In this document: piece by piece, positions 11,959 to 24,251 of the stretch
Numbering within the stretch: position 1 is the stretch's first letter
Layout of the letters: each line of letters begins with the position of its first letter
Assembly: GCF_018350175.1 (NCBI RefSeq)
Contig: NC_058368.1
Span: forward strand, 209,748,001 to 209,812,000
From: Felis catus
Lineage: Eukaryota
Direction of reading: 5' to 3'
Length of the DNA stretch: 64,000 nucleotides
Notes under the pieces: generated by a model
What the model was told of the DNA's origin: nothing
The model's input: only the letters and a program-made list of their open reading frames with translations
The model's database searches: none
Program-made: the position numbers and the translations under genes

Positions 11959-12471
11959 TCTAGAGATTTTTAAGCAAAATGATAGTGATATTTCTGAGCT
12001 GGGGTGTGAGCAACCTGCTGAATGCACATTCTTTTTCTTCTAGACCTAAAGGGTGATCGCAACCATGAAGCTGTGTACTGGATATACATAGCTATCGTTT
12101 ATTGACTCCTACCATGTGTCAAGTGCTTTGTACATGCTATTTCACTGACTTTTCACATTCTTATTTAGATGAATATTGTTTCCCCCAATTTTACAGATGG
12201 AGAAATGGAGATTCAGAGAGGTTTGTTTATTCATTCAGTCAACCATATTTATCACTTTCTTGCTATGTGCTGAACACTGTGCCGGGCTCTAGGGATACAA
12301 CAAAGGGGAAGGAAAGTGTTTCCAGGGAACAGGATATGCAAAGGCCAGAGGTGAGAACTACCATGATCCTTGAGAGTTAATTCTGGCTGGAATACAGATT
12401 TTGAGGAGACATAAGGCTGGAGAGTTAAGCAGTGACCAGATATTAAGTATTATCATGAAAACCTTAGACTT

Positions 12472-12596
12472 GGGGTGCCTGGATGGCTCAGTTGGTTAAG
12501 TGTCTGACTCTTGATTTGGCTTAGGTCATGATCTCACAGTTTGTGAGTTTGAGCCCCGGGTTGGGCTCTGTGCTGACAGCATGGATTCTGCTTGGG

Positions 12597-12638
<42 letters not shown>

Positions 12639-12690
12639 GCCTTCTCTGGCTCTCAAAATAAATAAACAGACATTTAAAAATAAATAAACA
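12472..12690 (+). mobile_element. CAN-SINE
   Basis: GGGGTGCCTGGATGGCTCAG head, (CT)n, AATAAA-containing tail. Confidence 0.92.
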
Positions 12691-13599
12691 ATAGGCTCGG
12701 ACTTGCTTTTAAGGCAACCTGACAGAGGATGAAGGTAGTGGTGGCTTAAATAAAGTAGGAACAGGTTAAGGGACTTATCCAATGTTGCATGACTAGAAAG
12801 TGGTAACTTGGGGTTGGAAATGAGATTCCATCTAATTCAGAAACTCATCCCATGTTGTCAGAAAACACTTCCACAAACTGGAGAAGAAAAGGTGGTGACT
12901 CATTTGTGGTTTTCTACCAATATTCTCTCCCTACTCCCAGCCCCTCACGGGCTTTCCCTTTTTTTTTTTTTTTTTTTTTTAATATTTCCCCAGGACCTGC
13001 AATGGCCCAGAAGAGGGTGTGTCTTAGCCTGGGGACCAAGCAACAGTTGCTGGCACCAAGGAACAGTTCTATGACAGCTTCTTGACTGCCTCTTGACTGC
13101 TTTCCACCCCTGTTCCTGGGGCTGACATTTCTGTCCATTACACAATAGTACAAGAAACAACCTGACTGCCTGCAGGTGGTGGGGAAGCTACATCTGGGCG
13201 TCTTTCGCTGCCTTCCTAAAACATGAGAAGAAGAAGAACCAGATTCCCACCTTGGAAGAGGAAGTTTTTTTGGGGGGTGGGGGGTGAAGAGGACGAGATG
13301 CTCATGTTCTCTTCGCTGCCATTCGTGTTCTTGGTGGATTCGAGGTGCCTATGCTTGCGCACTGTTTTTTCCGTGTTTCTCCTCAGTAGACGGCTGCCAT
13401 CTTGCCAATGTTTAACTAAATCCGCATGCCATTATTTCGTATTTTGGAACCCCAAATGTTAAATCGCTTTCATGGTAAACAAAATGTTTTCAATAATTGC
13501 TCAGGAGAATTTGGAAAAGTCAGCTTGTTCTCTCCATCTTTATATTTTCAGCAGGATGCTTGTCTTTGTTCTTCTTCTTCTTTTTTTTTTCTCCATATA

Positions 13600-13830
13600 G
13601 TGTAGTGGGTGAGGGTGCAGTCTCTTCCAGAGTTCAAATCCTGAATCTCACACTTTCTAGGTAGGTGACCTTGGGCAAATTACGGAACATTTCTGTGCCC
13701 CCCCTTCCTTATCTGTAAGAAAGAAGTAATAATAGTATCTGTCTCACAGTATGATTATGAGGTTGAATGAGTTAATTAGACTATGTGGCACATAGTAGGT
13801 ATTTCATAGTGTCAAGCTACCATTATTATT
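13600..13830 (+). mobile_element. MIR
   Basis: GTTCAAATCCTG, GTGACCTTGGGCAAATTAC, TATCTGTAAG...AATAATAGTATCTGTCTCACAG. Confidence 0.8.
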
Positions 13831-15208
13831 CATTAATTAGTTTGCATAGGTTTTTTTTTGGGGGGGGGGATTCTAATCCTCAGCTCCAAATATGCTTTTA
13901 GGAAAGCTTTGGAGAGATAAGTAGTACAGAACTTCATCCTGAGCACCCTGTCCGTGTGAAGTCCATCAGTGTACAAGGTGATGATTATCGGATGAGGCTT
14001 CCCTGAGGATCGAAAGAGGGAGGTACAGTTCTGCTTTGCTAAAGCTTCTGAGAATATTCAGAAGCCTTTGCAAAGGATGAAATAATATCCTATATGTTAA
14101 CACGTCACATCAATCATCCCCAGCAAACTTCTGGGTTAGCTTATAGCATGAAGCCCAGTAACAAATTGCAGAACCACAGATGATTTTTTTAAAAAAAAAT
14201 GTAGATAATGTTCATTGTATGAGTAAAATTCCAAAGCTTTTCCAAGTCACAGAGGAATGTACCTTTTGAAAAAGGTAACTTTTGAACAAAGTTTTTGTTA
14301 CAGGTCAGTTAATTCTTTAGCTCTGCATATGAGGTGACTTTTATTTTCTTCGGAAACAGCTTTAACCAGAAAGCTCATGCCTAAGTGGAGGGAGAAGGCT
14401 GCCCTTTGATTCTTCTAGATAGAGGCTGTGATAAACAAGTTCTTGACAGTCTGCACTGCCTGGGAATGTGCAGGTGACTATGGAGACAGCCGTGGAGGCA
14501 CAAGAACGGGCATATGGTCCTCATTGGCACAGCATACCAAAGTAATTAAAAATGTCTTAAAATGCAGAAACCCCCTAAACTGTAAAGTATATCATGGTAG
14601 ATGTCAAATTAGCATTTTCTGCCTCTTTTAAACAATGCCATAATCTCATTAATCTGCAGAAGGAACCAAATGCATGGACTCCAACCAGTTGGCTGGACAT
14701 ATGTTGCATATTGGACTGGCCATTTGGTTGGATCTGATTAAAGTGGAGAAATTGCATTTTATTTTGGGCACTGAACCCAAATCTGGGTCTGCTTATTACT
14801 TTTTGAGCTCCCTTTTTAAAGTGATAGGTTTTTAAGTGCCAAAAATTCAGTACCAACTTGCGTTAAAAAAAAAAAAAAAGCCTATAAAGAAACTACACAG
14901 AGGAAAAGGACAAGGAGTGGAGATGGAAACATAAGGCTGGCTTCAGATCATTGGGATATATTAAATATCAGCATTCACAATATTATACATTAGAACTGTC
15001 AAACCCACAGGCTCTCGCTCACTTATGGCAAGGTGGCTCAGTTGATCCAAACATCTTATTTATTGTGCATGGTATCGTATACTTTTAAGCCTTTTAGCAC
15101 AGCGCTTTGTTTTAAAATTCTTTATTAACGAGTATGAAATTTTTAAAATTCTAAGTATATTTGTAAGCAAAATGAATGTATATTGTTTGCTTGCACGGAT
15201 GTACCCAT

Positions 15209-15564
15209 TGTCTTAGTCAGTTTGGGCTGCTGTAACAAAATGCCGTAGATTGAGTGGCTTAAACAACAGAAATTTATTTCTCACAGCTCTAGAGCCTAGA
15301 AGTCCGAGATCAAGACACTACCTGATCTGGTGTATGGTGAGAACCTGCTTCCAGGTCTGCCTTCTTGCTATGTCTTCACACAGTGGACAGAGAGCTATCA
15401 TCTCTCGTGTGGTGTCTCTTCTTATAAGAGCAGTAATCCCATTCATAAGGGCTCTACCCTTACGACCTAATCACCTCCCAAAGGTCCTACCTCCAAGTAT
15501 CATCATACTGGTGATTAAGACTTCAACAGATGGATTTGGGGGGACACATTATCGATCCATAGCG
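15209..15564 (-). mobile_element. MLT1A-like solo LTR
   Basis: TGTCTTAGTCAGTTTGGGCTGCTGTAACAAAAT ... GGCTTAAACAACAGAAATTTATTTCTCACAG ... GGGGGGACACATT. Confidence 0.88.
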
Positions 15565-15749
15565 CCCACTGATATTTCCCAAATATTCGGTGTGTGCTTA
15601 GCCCCCTGTACTAAGCATTGTAAGAACACAAATTTGCATGGGACGCGGTAAGGTATTTGTGATTAGGGCAAGTTCACGAGTAGCTCACATGCTGGGCAGG
15701 GTGTGTCATCTTCAGAAAAGCGCAAAGGGCAAGGGGATTCAGAGGAGGA

Positions 15750-16230
15750 GGAGATCATATGTGGTGTGTATTTGTGGGGAGAGGTAGGGTTCTGACAGGC
15801 AGACGTGGGAGCAGGAAGGTGATTTGCAATCTCAGGAGTAAAGGGTGGAAGGAAACACAGGAAACTATGTAATGGTGGCCACTGGAGGATAAATTTGGAA
15901 AGGTGGATGTGGGGGATCATCTTGTGGAGACGATGCAACGGCAGATCACAGCGTGGTGGGCAGCAGGGGGATGCTGAGGGTTTTTGAATAGAGGAATGAC
16001 GACTGGACTTGTTCTCTAGGATGAATAACATGGCAGTATGTGATGCGTGGGACAGATCGGTGAGAACATCAGTTAGGGGATGATGACGGCAGACTGGGTG
16101 AGGGGGGATAGAGTCCTCATTTGAGGAAGGGGGTGAAAACAGAGAGGATGAGAAGTTAGAATTACTGTGAAAACAGAATCCACAGGACACAGACACTGAA
16201 TGACTGCTGGCTGATGCAGCAGGATCATAG
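15750..16230 (-). mobile_element. L2-like fragment
   Basis: Degenerate purine-rich L2 motifs (GAGGGTTTTTGAATAGAGGAATGAC, AGGATGAATAACATGGCAG). Confidence 0.45.
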
Positions 16231-16234
16231 GACC

Positions 16235-16293
16235 TCAAAATTGTCACTTTAAACAATGATAATCAAAATTGTCACTTTAAACAATGATAATCA
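16235..16293. repeat. Perfect 28-bp tandem duplication
   Basis: TCAAAATTGTCACTTTAAACAATGATAA at 16235-16262 and 16263-16290, followed by TCA. Confidence 0.95.
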
Positions 16294-16399
16294 TTACACA
16301 TTCATAGACAGGCTAGTTTTCATAAAGCACTCTGGTTGACTGAATGCCCAACAGACAAACTTTTGTTCTATTAAAGATGTCTTTTGAAATGCTAAATCT

Positions 16400-16628
16400 G
16401 GGGCCCCTGGGTGGCTCAGTCAGTTAAGCGACCTACTTTGGCTCAGGTCGTGATCTCACGGTTCGTGGGTTTGAGCCCTGTGGTTGGGGTCTGTGCTGAC
16501 AGCACAGAGCCTGGAGCCTGCTTGGATTCTTTCTCCCTCTCTCCGTGCCTCTCTCCTGCTTGCATTCTGTCTCTCTCTGTCTCTCAAAAATAAGCAAAAA
16601 ACTTTTTAAAAAATTAAAAAAAAAAAAA
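16400..16628 (+). mobile_element. CAN-SINE
   Basis: Head, body and A tail; TSD-like GAAATGCTAAATCT (16386-16399) and GAAATACCAAATCT (16629-16642). Confidence 0.93.
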
Positions 16629-17887
16629 GAAATACCAAATCTTTCATTCCCTCAGACTAAGGTAAACTATGCCTAGGGCAGAATAGATGTGGGTGAGACA
16701 GGGAATAGGGTTCATGTCCTGTTTTAAGCTGTCTAACACTGCACCGCAGAGACATTCTTGTTAGCTTGTTCAGAGATGAGGAAACCTGACAGGAGGACCA
16801 GAAGCTGGAACTGTCCCTACGACTTAACAATGCCACATGCATTCTTCCATGACAAGCCTTGAATGTTTTTATAAGGTCTCAGCACTGACTTTTTTCATTC
16901 ATTTTATAAGAATTTCTGCCAAGATGGTGGCTAGAGTGGAGAAACATGTTGGTAAGGATTTTAAATACTTCAGTTCCAATAATCTTGCAAAATCTATATG
17001 GATTTTTAGAAGCAAAGAATGCTACCGTTGGGCATTTGCTGGCATGTGAGAGGTCCTCAAGTCGATGGAAGAAAGAGGTTTTCCCTTTTGAAAGAGTGTT
17101 CTTTTGACCTATGCCCTAAATCCATAGTTCAGATACAAGCAGGTTTCAGTCTTACAAGACGTAGTAGTCATTTGATTTCATTATTCTCTCTTTTTGTGGC
17201 AGTAGAATTTTCTGAAAGGAAATGAGACCTCTGAGACTTGGCATAGGAACGGTAAATTAGAAATCTATCCAGGAAGACTTCTTTGCATTTAATTAAGTGA
17301 CACTCTCTAGGGACTTAGCGTATAGAGTAATAAACCCATCACACAGAACTGCTAAATATGTGGTCTTTAGTACCAATTTGTGACAATCGTAGTAAGATTC
17401 TAGTGCTATGTGAAAACGTGCAGAAATGAATATTTTTGAAGAAATACTTGCTAGCATTTTTTTTTTTTTTTGGTCTTGATACTGTGACTCTGAGGCAAAC
17501 ATGAATTAAAATGAGTTGCCTGAGTTCAAGTGAAAGTATCAAAACCAACGCGAACCTTTTGTGGTTTTTCTTACGATGGGGGAAAAGCTGCGGAGGAGAA
17601 AGAGTCCTTTCTGCCTCATGACGGGGAAGTTCTAGGATAACTTCTACATTGTTCTGTGTGACTCATGACTAATGACTGTGTTGGAGTATCAATGAAGCTG
17701 TGAGATCTGTTCCTAGTCCTGTTGAATCTTTTAGGGATTTCTTTAGAAACTCTCTAATACACTGGGCAGAAACAGCTTATAGAGGTAGGGGAGCTATAAT
17801 GTTGGAATTTAACTTGACATCGCTCAGTTCATATAGACCTGCCCACCTCCTTGCAGAAAGGACTTGCCATAAATTATAGGGTAGTAA

Positions 17888-17889
<2 letters not shown>

Positions 17890-17927
<38 letters not shown>
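17890..17927. repeat. (GT)n microsatellite
   Basis: Direct reading. Confidence 0.95.
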
Positions 17928-17929
<2 letters not shown>

Positions 17930-18029
17930 CTAGCATTTTAATGAGATGTGATACAGTTCCATTTACGGTTTTATGGGCTTATTTGATACAGTAAACACTG
18001 GAAATGTACCTGGTTTTGATGTTGTCACT

Positions 18030-18236
18030 TTTTTTTTCATGCTTACTTATTTTTGAGAGAGAGACAGAGTGTGAGCAGGAGAAAGGCAGAGAGAGAGGGA
18101 GACACAGAATTCGAAGCAGCCTCCAGGCTCCGAGCTGTCAGCACAGTGCCTGACATGGGGCTCAAACCCACAAACTGTGAGATCATGACCTGAGCCGAAG
18201 TCGGACGCTCAACCGACTAAGCCATCCAGGCGCCCC
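18030..18236 (-). mobile_element. CAN-SINE
   Basis: Reverse-complement SINE; TSD TGTCACT at 18023-18029 and 18237-18243. Confidence 0.93.
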
Positions 18237-18859
18237 TGTCACTGTCTTTTTTAAGGGTCTTGCATCCTTTCTGTGATAGGTAGATTCATTTAATGACAGC
18301 TTGGAAAATTTTAAAGCATTTGGAAGATTTTTTTTTTTAAACTGGCTTAAAACATTCACTCCTTATTAAAAGAGGAGAGGAACTTATGAGCTCATTTTGT
18401 AGATGATGAAACCTAGTTAAATGAGGCATTGAATTAGCGCACCCCCTAGTGATGTTAGTGGCAGGAAGAGCTCAGCTTGGGGGCTCTAGGGTGACTGAGA
18501 TCGGGGTACTGGCTTTGCCTCTTCCTTCCTACATGATTCACCTTGGGCAGGTCTTCTAGGCCTCTGAGCCTCAGTTATCTTGTATGTAAAATGGGGATAT
18601 AAGAGGTGAGAGAATGCATGTAGTGGCCTAGAAGCATGTCTGGTACCTGGCTGGAGCTTGGTAAATATTAGTGGTCATGAGCATCATTCCAAGCCTGATC
18701 CAAATTCCCATGTACAGATGGCCTCTCATGCCGATGTTGACAGCACCTACTTCTGGCTGTAATGGGGATGCGTGGCTGCTGATTTGGGCAATGGGCCTTA
18801 ACATCCAGCTTCAGTCTTCCCCTTATGATTCCTTTCTCCTTCTAGATGCCTCCATTTTA

Positions 18860-19074
18860 AGTTTTTTTGTGTGTTGTTTTTTAATGTTTATTTTTGAAAG
18901 AGAGAGACAGAGATCAGAGGAGGGGCGGAGACAGAGGGAGACACAGAATCCGAAGCAGGCTCCAGGCTCTGAGCTGTCAGCACTGGGCCTGACATGGCGC
19001 TTGAATTCACAAAAGGTGAGATCATGACCTGAGCTGAAGTCGGACACTTAACCGACTGAGCCACCCGGCGCCCC
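18860..19074 (-). mobile_element. CAN-SINE
   Basis: TSD TAGATGCYTCCAYTTT at 18843-18858 and 19075-19090. Confidence 0.94.
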
Positions 19075-19199
19075 TAGATGCTTCCACTTTCAATTCTCTT
19101 TGACTACCCTTGGGTCAGAGTAACCTGTGTCAATATGTCAGTATTTAAATGGGGCGATGCTGCTTCTTAGACTAGAGCCTCATTTGGAGAATTGTGTAA

Positions 19200-19700
19200 T
19201 CTTGAGCCAGAAGGTAGAATGGGCTTTGAAGCCAGACACACTGAATTTGAATCTTAGTTTCACATCTTATGATCTGAGGAAGCCTAGCCCAGGGAGCTGG
19301 CATAGCCCAGTGATTTCAGGCTTGAGTTGTAGAGTAAGACTGTGTATGCTGAAATACTTATTCCCTAGATAAAGTACGTAATCTCCCTGAGCCTCCGCTT
19401 CCTCATCTGAAAAATGGGGTTAAAATAATCTTTACTTCATAGGATTAGTACGAGGACTAAATGGTACTACATTAAGCGCTCAGCTCAGAATTATAGTGGG
19501 TACCCAATAAATATTTGTTACCAGTAATATTTTCACATATGGCCATGGGAAGCTATTTAACCTCTCAGAGACTCAATTGTTTCACTTGTGAGATTGGAAG
19601 AGTTCTATCAGTCTCATAAGGATTGGGGAATAGATGTGATAATGTACATAAAGGACAGGATGCATAGTAGATTCCTGATAAATGAATTAGCTATTTTATT
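19200..19700 (+). mobile_element. Cluster of MIR fragments
   Basis: CTGAGCCTCCGCTTCCTCATCTGAAAAATGGGG and TTTAACCTCTCAGAGACTCAATTG cores. Confidence 0.7.
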
Positions 19701-20758
19701 ACTTCTGCAAATTAGCCTTCATGCTGGAGAGCCCTCACTGGCCAAGCGCCTTCTGTGACCAACTTCATGCCTTTCATTTGCTGCCAAAGTTGAACCACAT
19801 TCCCTAAAGAGCTGACATCTTTCCAGAGTGGGTTCTGTTCCAGGTATCACCGTGAGAGCCAATCCCTGCCCAGGTGGGGCCTATGTAATTGATGTGCACG
19901 CAGACATGGCTCCTCAGGCCGTGGTGGGGCCCTGGCCTGTGAGGCTGCTGCATTTGATTTCTGTGGGTCAACAAAGAAACATCTGAAATTAAATAAGCAT
20001 GTTAGTCATGGCGGGTTCAAGTTGCTGTAATTAGCTTCTGTCTGGCTTGCTGTAGCAGCAGCAGGCCCGTGCTTCTTACTGCAAGACAACACTGGTCCCA
20101 GAGCTCTGAGGAGAGCTCTGAGGGTGCTGTAGCTAAAAGCCCTTGATGTTGATGCTGCAGGACAGATGCTGGCAAAAGCTTCTTCCTGTGGTGGTGGTGG
20201 TGAGTGCTGGGCCTTTAATTTTTCAGGCTACAGAGAGTTCCTGAGCAAGCTATTAGGCCTAGCATTGGGAATATACTGATGGGCTCGACATGGTCTTTGA
20301 TTGCAAGGAATCATGATGGGGGCAGAGGCAGGGATAAACACACAGAGACCAGGGGCAAAAGGTGATTACATCTTTCTCGCTGGCTTCAGGGATGAAGCCA
20401 CTTTGGGTGCACACCACTCTTTTGGTCTTGCTGGGGGGATGTCGTTGATCCAGGTGTGGCTACCTGCTGGGCCCCAGACCAGCTTACGTGTGTCTCAGTG
20501 CTCCCCTTGGTTTCTCTACCCGCACAGGCCTAGCTTCTCTCTCTCCTCAAAAACCCTGAACTACCTGGGCACCAGCGTGGCCTCCCTTCTTTCTCTTTCC
20601 TGGAAAGTTAGCATGTTTTAGACTGAATTATAGTCTCTGTATATCATTACCCTACAATCTGCCAAATCAGTGATGCATTTAATCATAATGATAATGATGA
20701 TAATAATAACAATACATCGCTTTGGTAAAGTTATTTTGATTTGTCAGAGCAAACTGTA

Positions 20759-20990
20759 TTTTAAAAAATTTTTTTAATGTTTATTTTTGAGAGAGAGAGG
20801 GAGAGAGAGAGAGAGTGGCAGAGTATGAGCAGGGGAGGGGCAGAGAGAGAGGGAGACACAGAATCTGAAGCAGGCTCCAGGCTCTGAGCTGTCAGCATGG
20901 AACCCGATGTGGGGCTCAAACCCATGAACCATGGGATCATGACGTGAGCTGAAGCTGGACGCTTAACCGACTGAGCCACCCAAGTGCCCC
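20759..20990 (-). mobile_element. CAN-SINE
   Basis: Reverse-complement head, (GA)n, T-rich tail. Confidence 0.93.
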
Positions 20991-21603
20991 TGTCTCATTT
21001 TTTAAAGAAGTTGCATATTCATCACCATCAGGCATGTGAGTACCAACTATGTTTGTCAGCCTTGGAGGTACAAAGAAGCATAATATGCAATACCCACCCA
21101 CTCACCCTCTATCCTCCAAGGGGAAGCAGTGTGGAAAGTAAATGAAAATAATATGAGCTTTGTCAACCTCTTTGCTACTTACTAGCTCTGTGACATCTGT
21201 CACGTTATTTAACCTTAGTTTTCATGTCCATAATATAGGACTAATAATAGTACTTCTTTGTGTGTGTAAATCTCATATATAATCCTAGTAAAAGAATTAG
21301 GCACCCAGAACGTGCTAGGGACTTTATTGTAAGCATAATCTCTTATACCTCACCAAAGCTCTGCAAGGTAAGCATTACTATTCCCATTTTACAGGTGAGA
21401 AAACTGAGGCTTGGAGATGTTCTTATGTGGTAAAGCTGGGATTCAAACGCATACTACACTGGAGTTTATTAGGCACTAAGCCCAAAGGAGTGGTATAAGT
21501 GGTGAGAAGTGGAGGAATGCAGAAGTGAGCTCGAGAGATAAGTGCCTGGTCATTCTGAACATGTTTTTGTTTCCACCCTATTTTTAATGTTATGGACTTC
21601 TAC

Positions 21604-21817
21604 TTTTTTTAAAGTTTATTCATTTATTTTGAGAGGGAGTGAGAGAGAGCAAGTGTGAGCAGGTAGGGGCCAAGAGAGGGAAAGAGAGAATCCCAAGCAG
21701 GGTCCATGAGCTTAGCACGGAGCCAGATGCAGGGCTCCATCCCACGAACTGCGAGATCATGACCTGAGTAGAAATCAAGAACTGGAAACCTAACTGACTG
21801 AGCCACCCAGGTGCTCC
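21604..21817 (-). mobile_element. CAN-SINE
   Basis: Reverse-complement head CTGAGCCACCCAGGTGCTCC, T-rich tail. Confidence 0.92.
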
Positions 21818-22042
21818 TGCACCTTCTAATTTTAACAAGACATTAACAACACTTAAGAATACTATACTGGAATAATTTGTGTTTGTGTATTTGCATGTAC
21901 TTAGACATTCTACTTTCAGTAAATGCTAGTGTGAGATATTTGTATTCAAAGGTTTGCTCAAATAAAGGGGGCATTTTGTTTAAAGGGCAGCATTTTGGTG
22001 ATAAAAGACCAAACACACTCTTTGTGACTCACTTTTGCATCA

Positions 22043-22056
22043 GTGCCCTCTGGTGG
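22043..22056 (-). promoter_or_regulatory. CTCF core motif candidate
   Basis: Minus strand CCACCAGAGGGCAC matches CCASYAGRKGGCRS exactly; not within a recognised repeat. Confidence 0.6.
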
Positions 22057-23484
22057 TAAATCTTAGAAATCATTTGCCTCTTACAGTGTGTACCAACTAA
22101 AGGGGGAAAAAAACTCCTGAATTTACCCACGATCTTTCTGACTCTCTTGCTAAAATATTGGCCAGTTAATGCCAGCTTCTTTATTTTTTGCATAAAAATA
22201 TCTTTATGAAGGTCCAAAACTTGTAAGAAAGAGGTGACTTTTTACACAAACATTAGCTGTGTTTGCCTTTAATGATTTTGGGTAAATATTTGGGAAAATA
22301 TTTTGAAATCAATTTCATGTTATGCAAATTAATGTCAAGGGAAGTAAATACTGCCAAGAGATCTCTACTTGCTGCCTTTTCCTTAGAATCATTTTAGAGA
22401 GTGTTGTACTGGAATAAGCTTTTCATTTATTTAAATCTTTTCCTCCATAAAATCCACTAAAAACAAACAAGACAAACAAGATATCCAAGTTGGATTTTTC
22501 TTGTGCTTGTTTGGAGTCATTGTTGCAAAGCCCTTGGTTAAACGCTGAAAATTCTACTTTTCCTCCGATGCTCAGGAATCTAAGGCTGGATTCACTATCG
22601 TGGAGAGTAAATTGTGGAGAGTGTCCTTCAGATTTCCATATTTTCTCCTAGGTTCTCAAATGTGGCATCTAATTCTGTGGTCCAAAGGATATCCTGGATG
22701 GTGTTCCTCCAAAACAGGTGATATGAGCAGGTGCTACTGGCCAGCCATTGTGTCAGGTGTTTTACATCTTGTTTCATCTTCACAATCCTTTGAGGTCTGG
22801 TTTTCTAAAGAAAAGGACTCAGAGAACCTAAGTGACTTGCCACCCAGCTGTTAAGTGGCAGATCTGGGATTCAACCTCAAGTCTCTGACCTCTCTGTCTT
22901 ATGGTTTTGCCTTCTTCCTGTGTAGGACTCCAAATGCTGGGTGGTGTTCATAGGCAGCTCAAACTCCAGACTGAAACCGTGAGCTTGGCTGTGTGTCACG
23001 TTCTCTCCGGGGAGAGTAGCAGTGGGGCTAATGTGTTTTGTAAACAATCTAGGCTGACACGTGCCAGTGTCACCTCTATGGAGCCACAGGAAGCAGAAAG
23101 CTCTGCTTTGCCCCCTACCAATAAGTTAAGATAAATAAAATGGATGACCTGAACTCAGGACGGTGAGATTTGCAGTCACACCTGTCCAGACTGGCAGGAC
23201 TCCTTTAAACACATAACCACCTCTATGGCACAAGTTGGAATTCTCCATTCCCCTCAAGAAACTAGACCAAACCCAAACTTGCATCTTAGCTGGTATCTCT
23301 CTTGGTCCCTGATTTTGTTACTCATTTGCTCATCATGGGCTCATCCTGTCCCTGAGATTTGATACACTTTGGTGCTTTCCTGCTTAATGACAGTTAGCTC
23401 CCAACTGCAATTCTGCCTCCCTTTCTTGGAAAAAGTACTTTGTAAAAAATATTTACAATCCTAATCTTCTCACTTACTGATACA

Positions 23485-23960
23485 CTGTTGGCAGGAGGGT
23501 AAATAGACTCTTTGGAAGGCAATTTGGCAGTTGCTGTCCCGTAATTTCACTTCTAGGAATTTATTCTATATAACTACTCATGCGTCTGTTCAAAGTTACA
23601 TTTAAAAGAATGTGCACTGCAGTATTGTTTGTACTAGCAAATAAATAAATAAAAGGAAAACCCCTCTGCTATCCATCAATAGGATACTAATTAAGCAAAT
23701 AAAGGCTACTTGATTCCATGATATGTTTATACTATAGAATCAAGCAGCTGTTAAAAACATGACATGGTTGTATGTGTTAATATTTCCCAGATGTACGGCT
23801 ACAAATGGCTCTACAGTATACTGTTCAGTTTAAAAAACAAGACAAGTTGCAGAACAGTGTATATAATAGATAAACTTTATGACTTGGCATCTGCATAGGA
23901 AAAATATATGGAATGATATATACCAAACTCTTAACAATAGTCTGGGACTGGGAGTGGGGC
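23485..23960 (+). mobile_element. Ancient L1 (L1ME-like) 3' fragment
   Basis: TTTTGGAAGGCAATTTGGCAG, AATTTCACTTCTAGGAATTTAT, CACTGCAGTATTGTTTGTA, TCCATCAATAGG. Confidence 0.7.
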
Positions 23961-24046
23961 TGGGATTGAGGAAGGATCAGAATAGGGTGCAGGGAGTGCC
24001 TATAAGATTCAGGATTATGTGAATTCTTAAAAATAAGCATGTGTGA

Positions 24047-24251
24047 GGGACGCCTGGGTGGCCCAGTCAGTTAAGCGCCCGACTCTCTTGATCTGGGCTC
24101 AGGTCATGGTCTCACGGTTCGTGAGTTCAAGCCCTGCACTGTGCTCTGTACTGATAGTGTGGAGCCTGCTTGGATTCTCTCTCTTCCTCTCTTCCCCTCC
24201 CCTGCTTGCGTGCTCGCTCTCTCTCAAAATAAATAAACTTCAAAAAAATAT
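24047..24251 (+). mobile_element. CAN-SINE
   Basis: TSD ATAAGCATGTGTGA at 24033-24046 and 24252-24265. Confidence 0.95.

Noticed and set aside
20100..20123. 12-bp tandem duplication AGAGCTCTGAGG, and TACTAGTCAGTA repeated near 53924-53952
   Set aside because: Ordinary short slippage duplications
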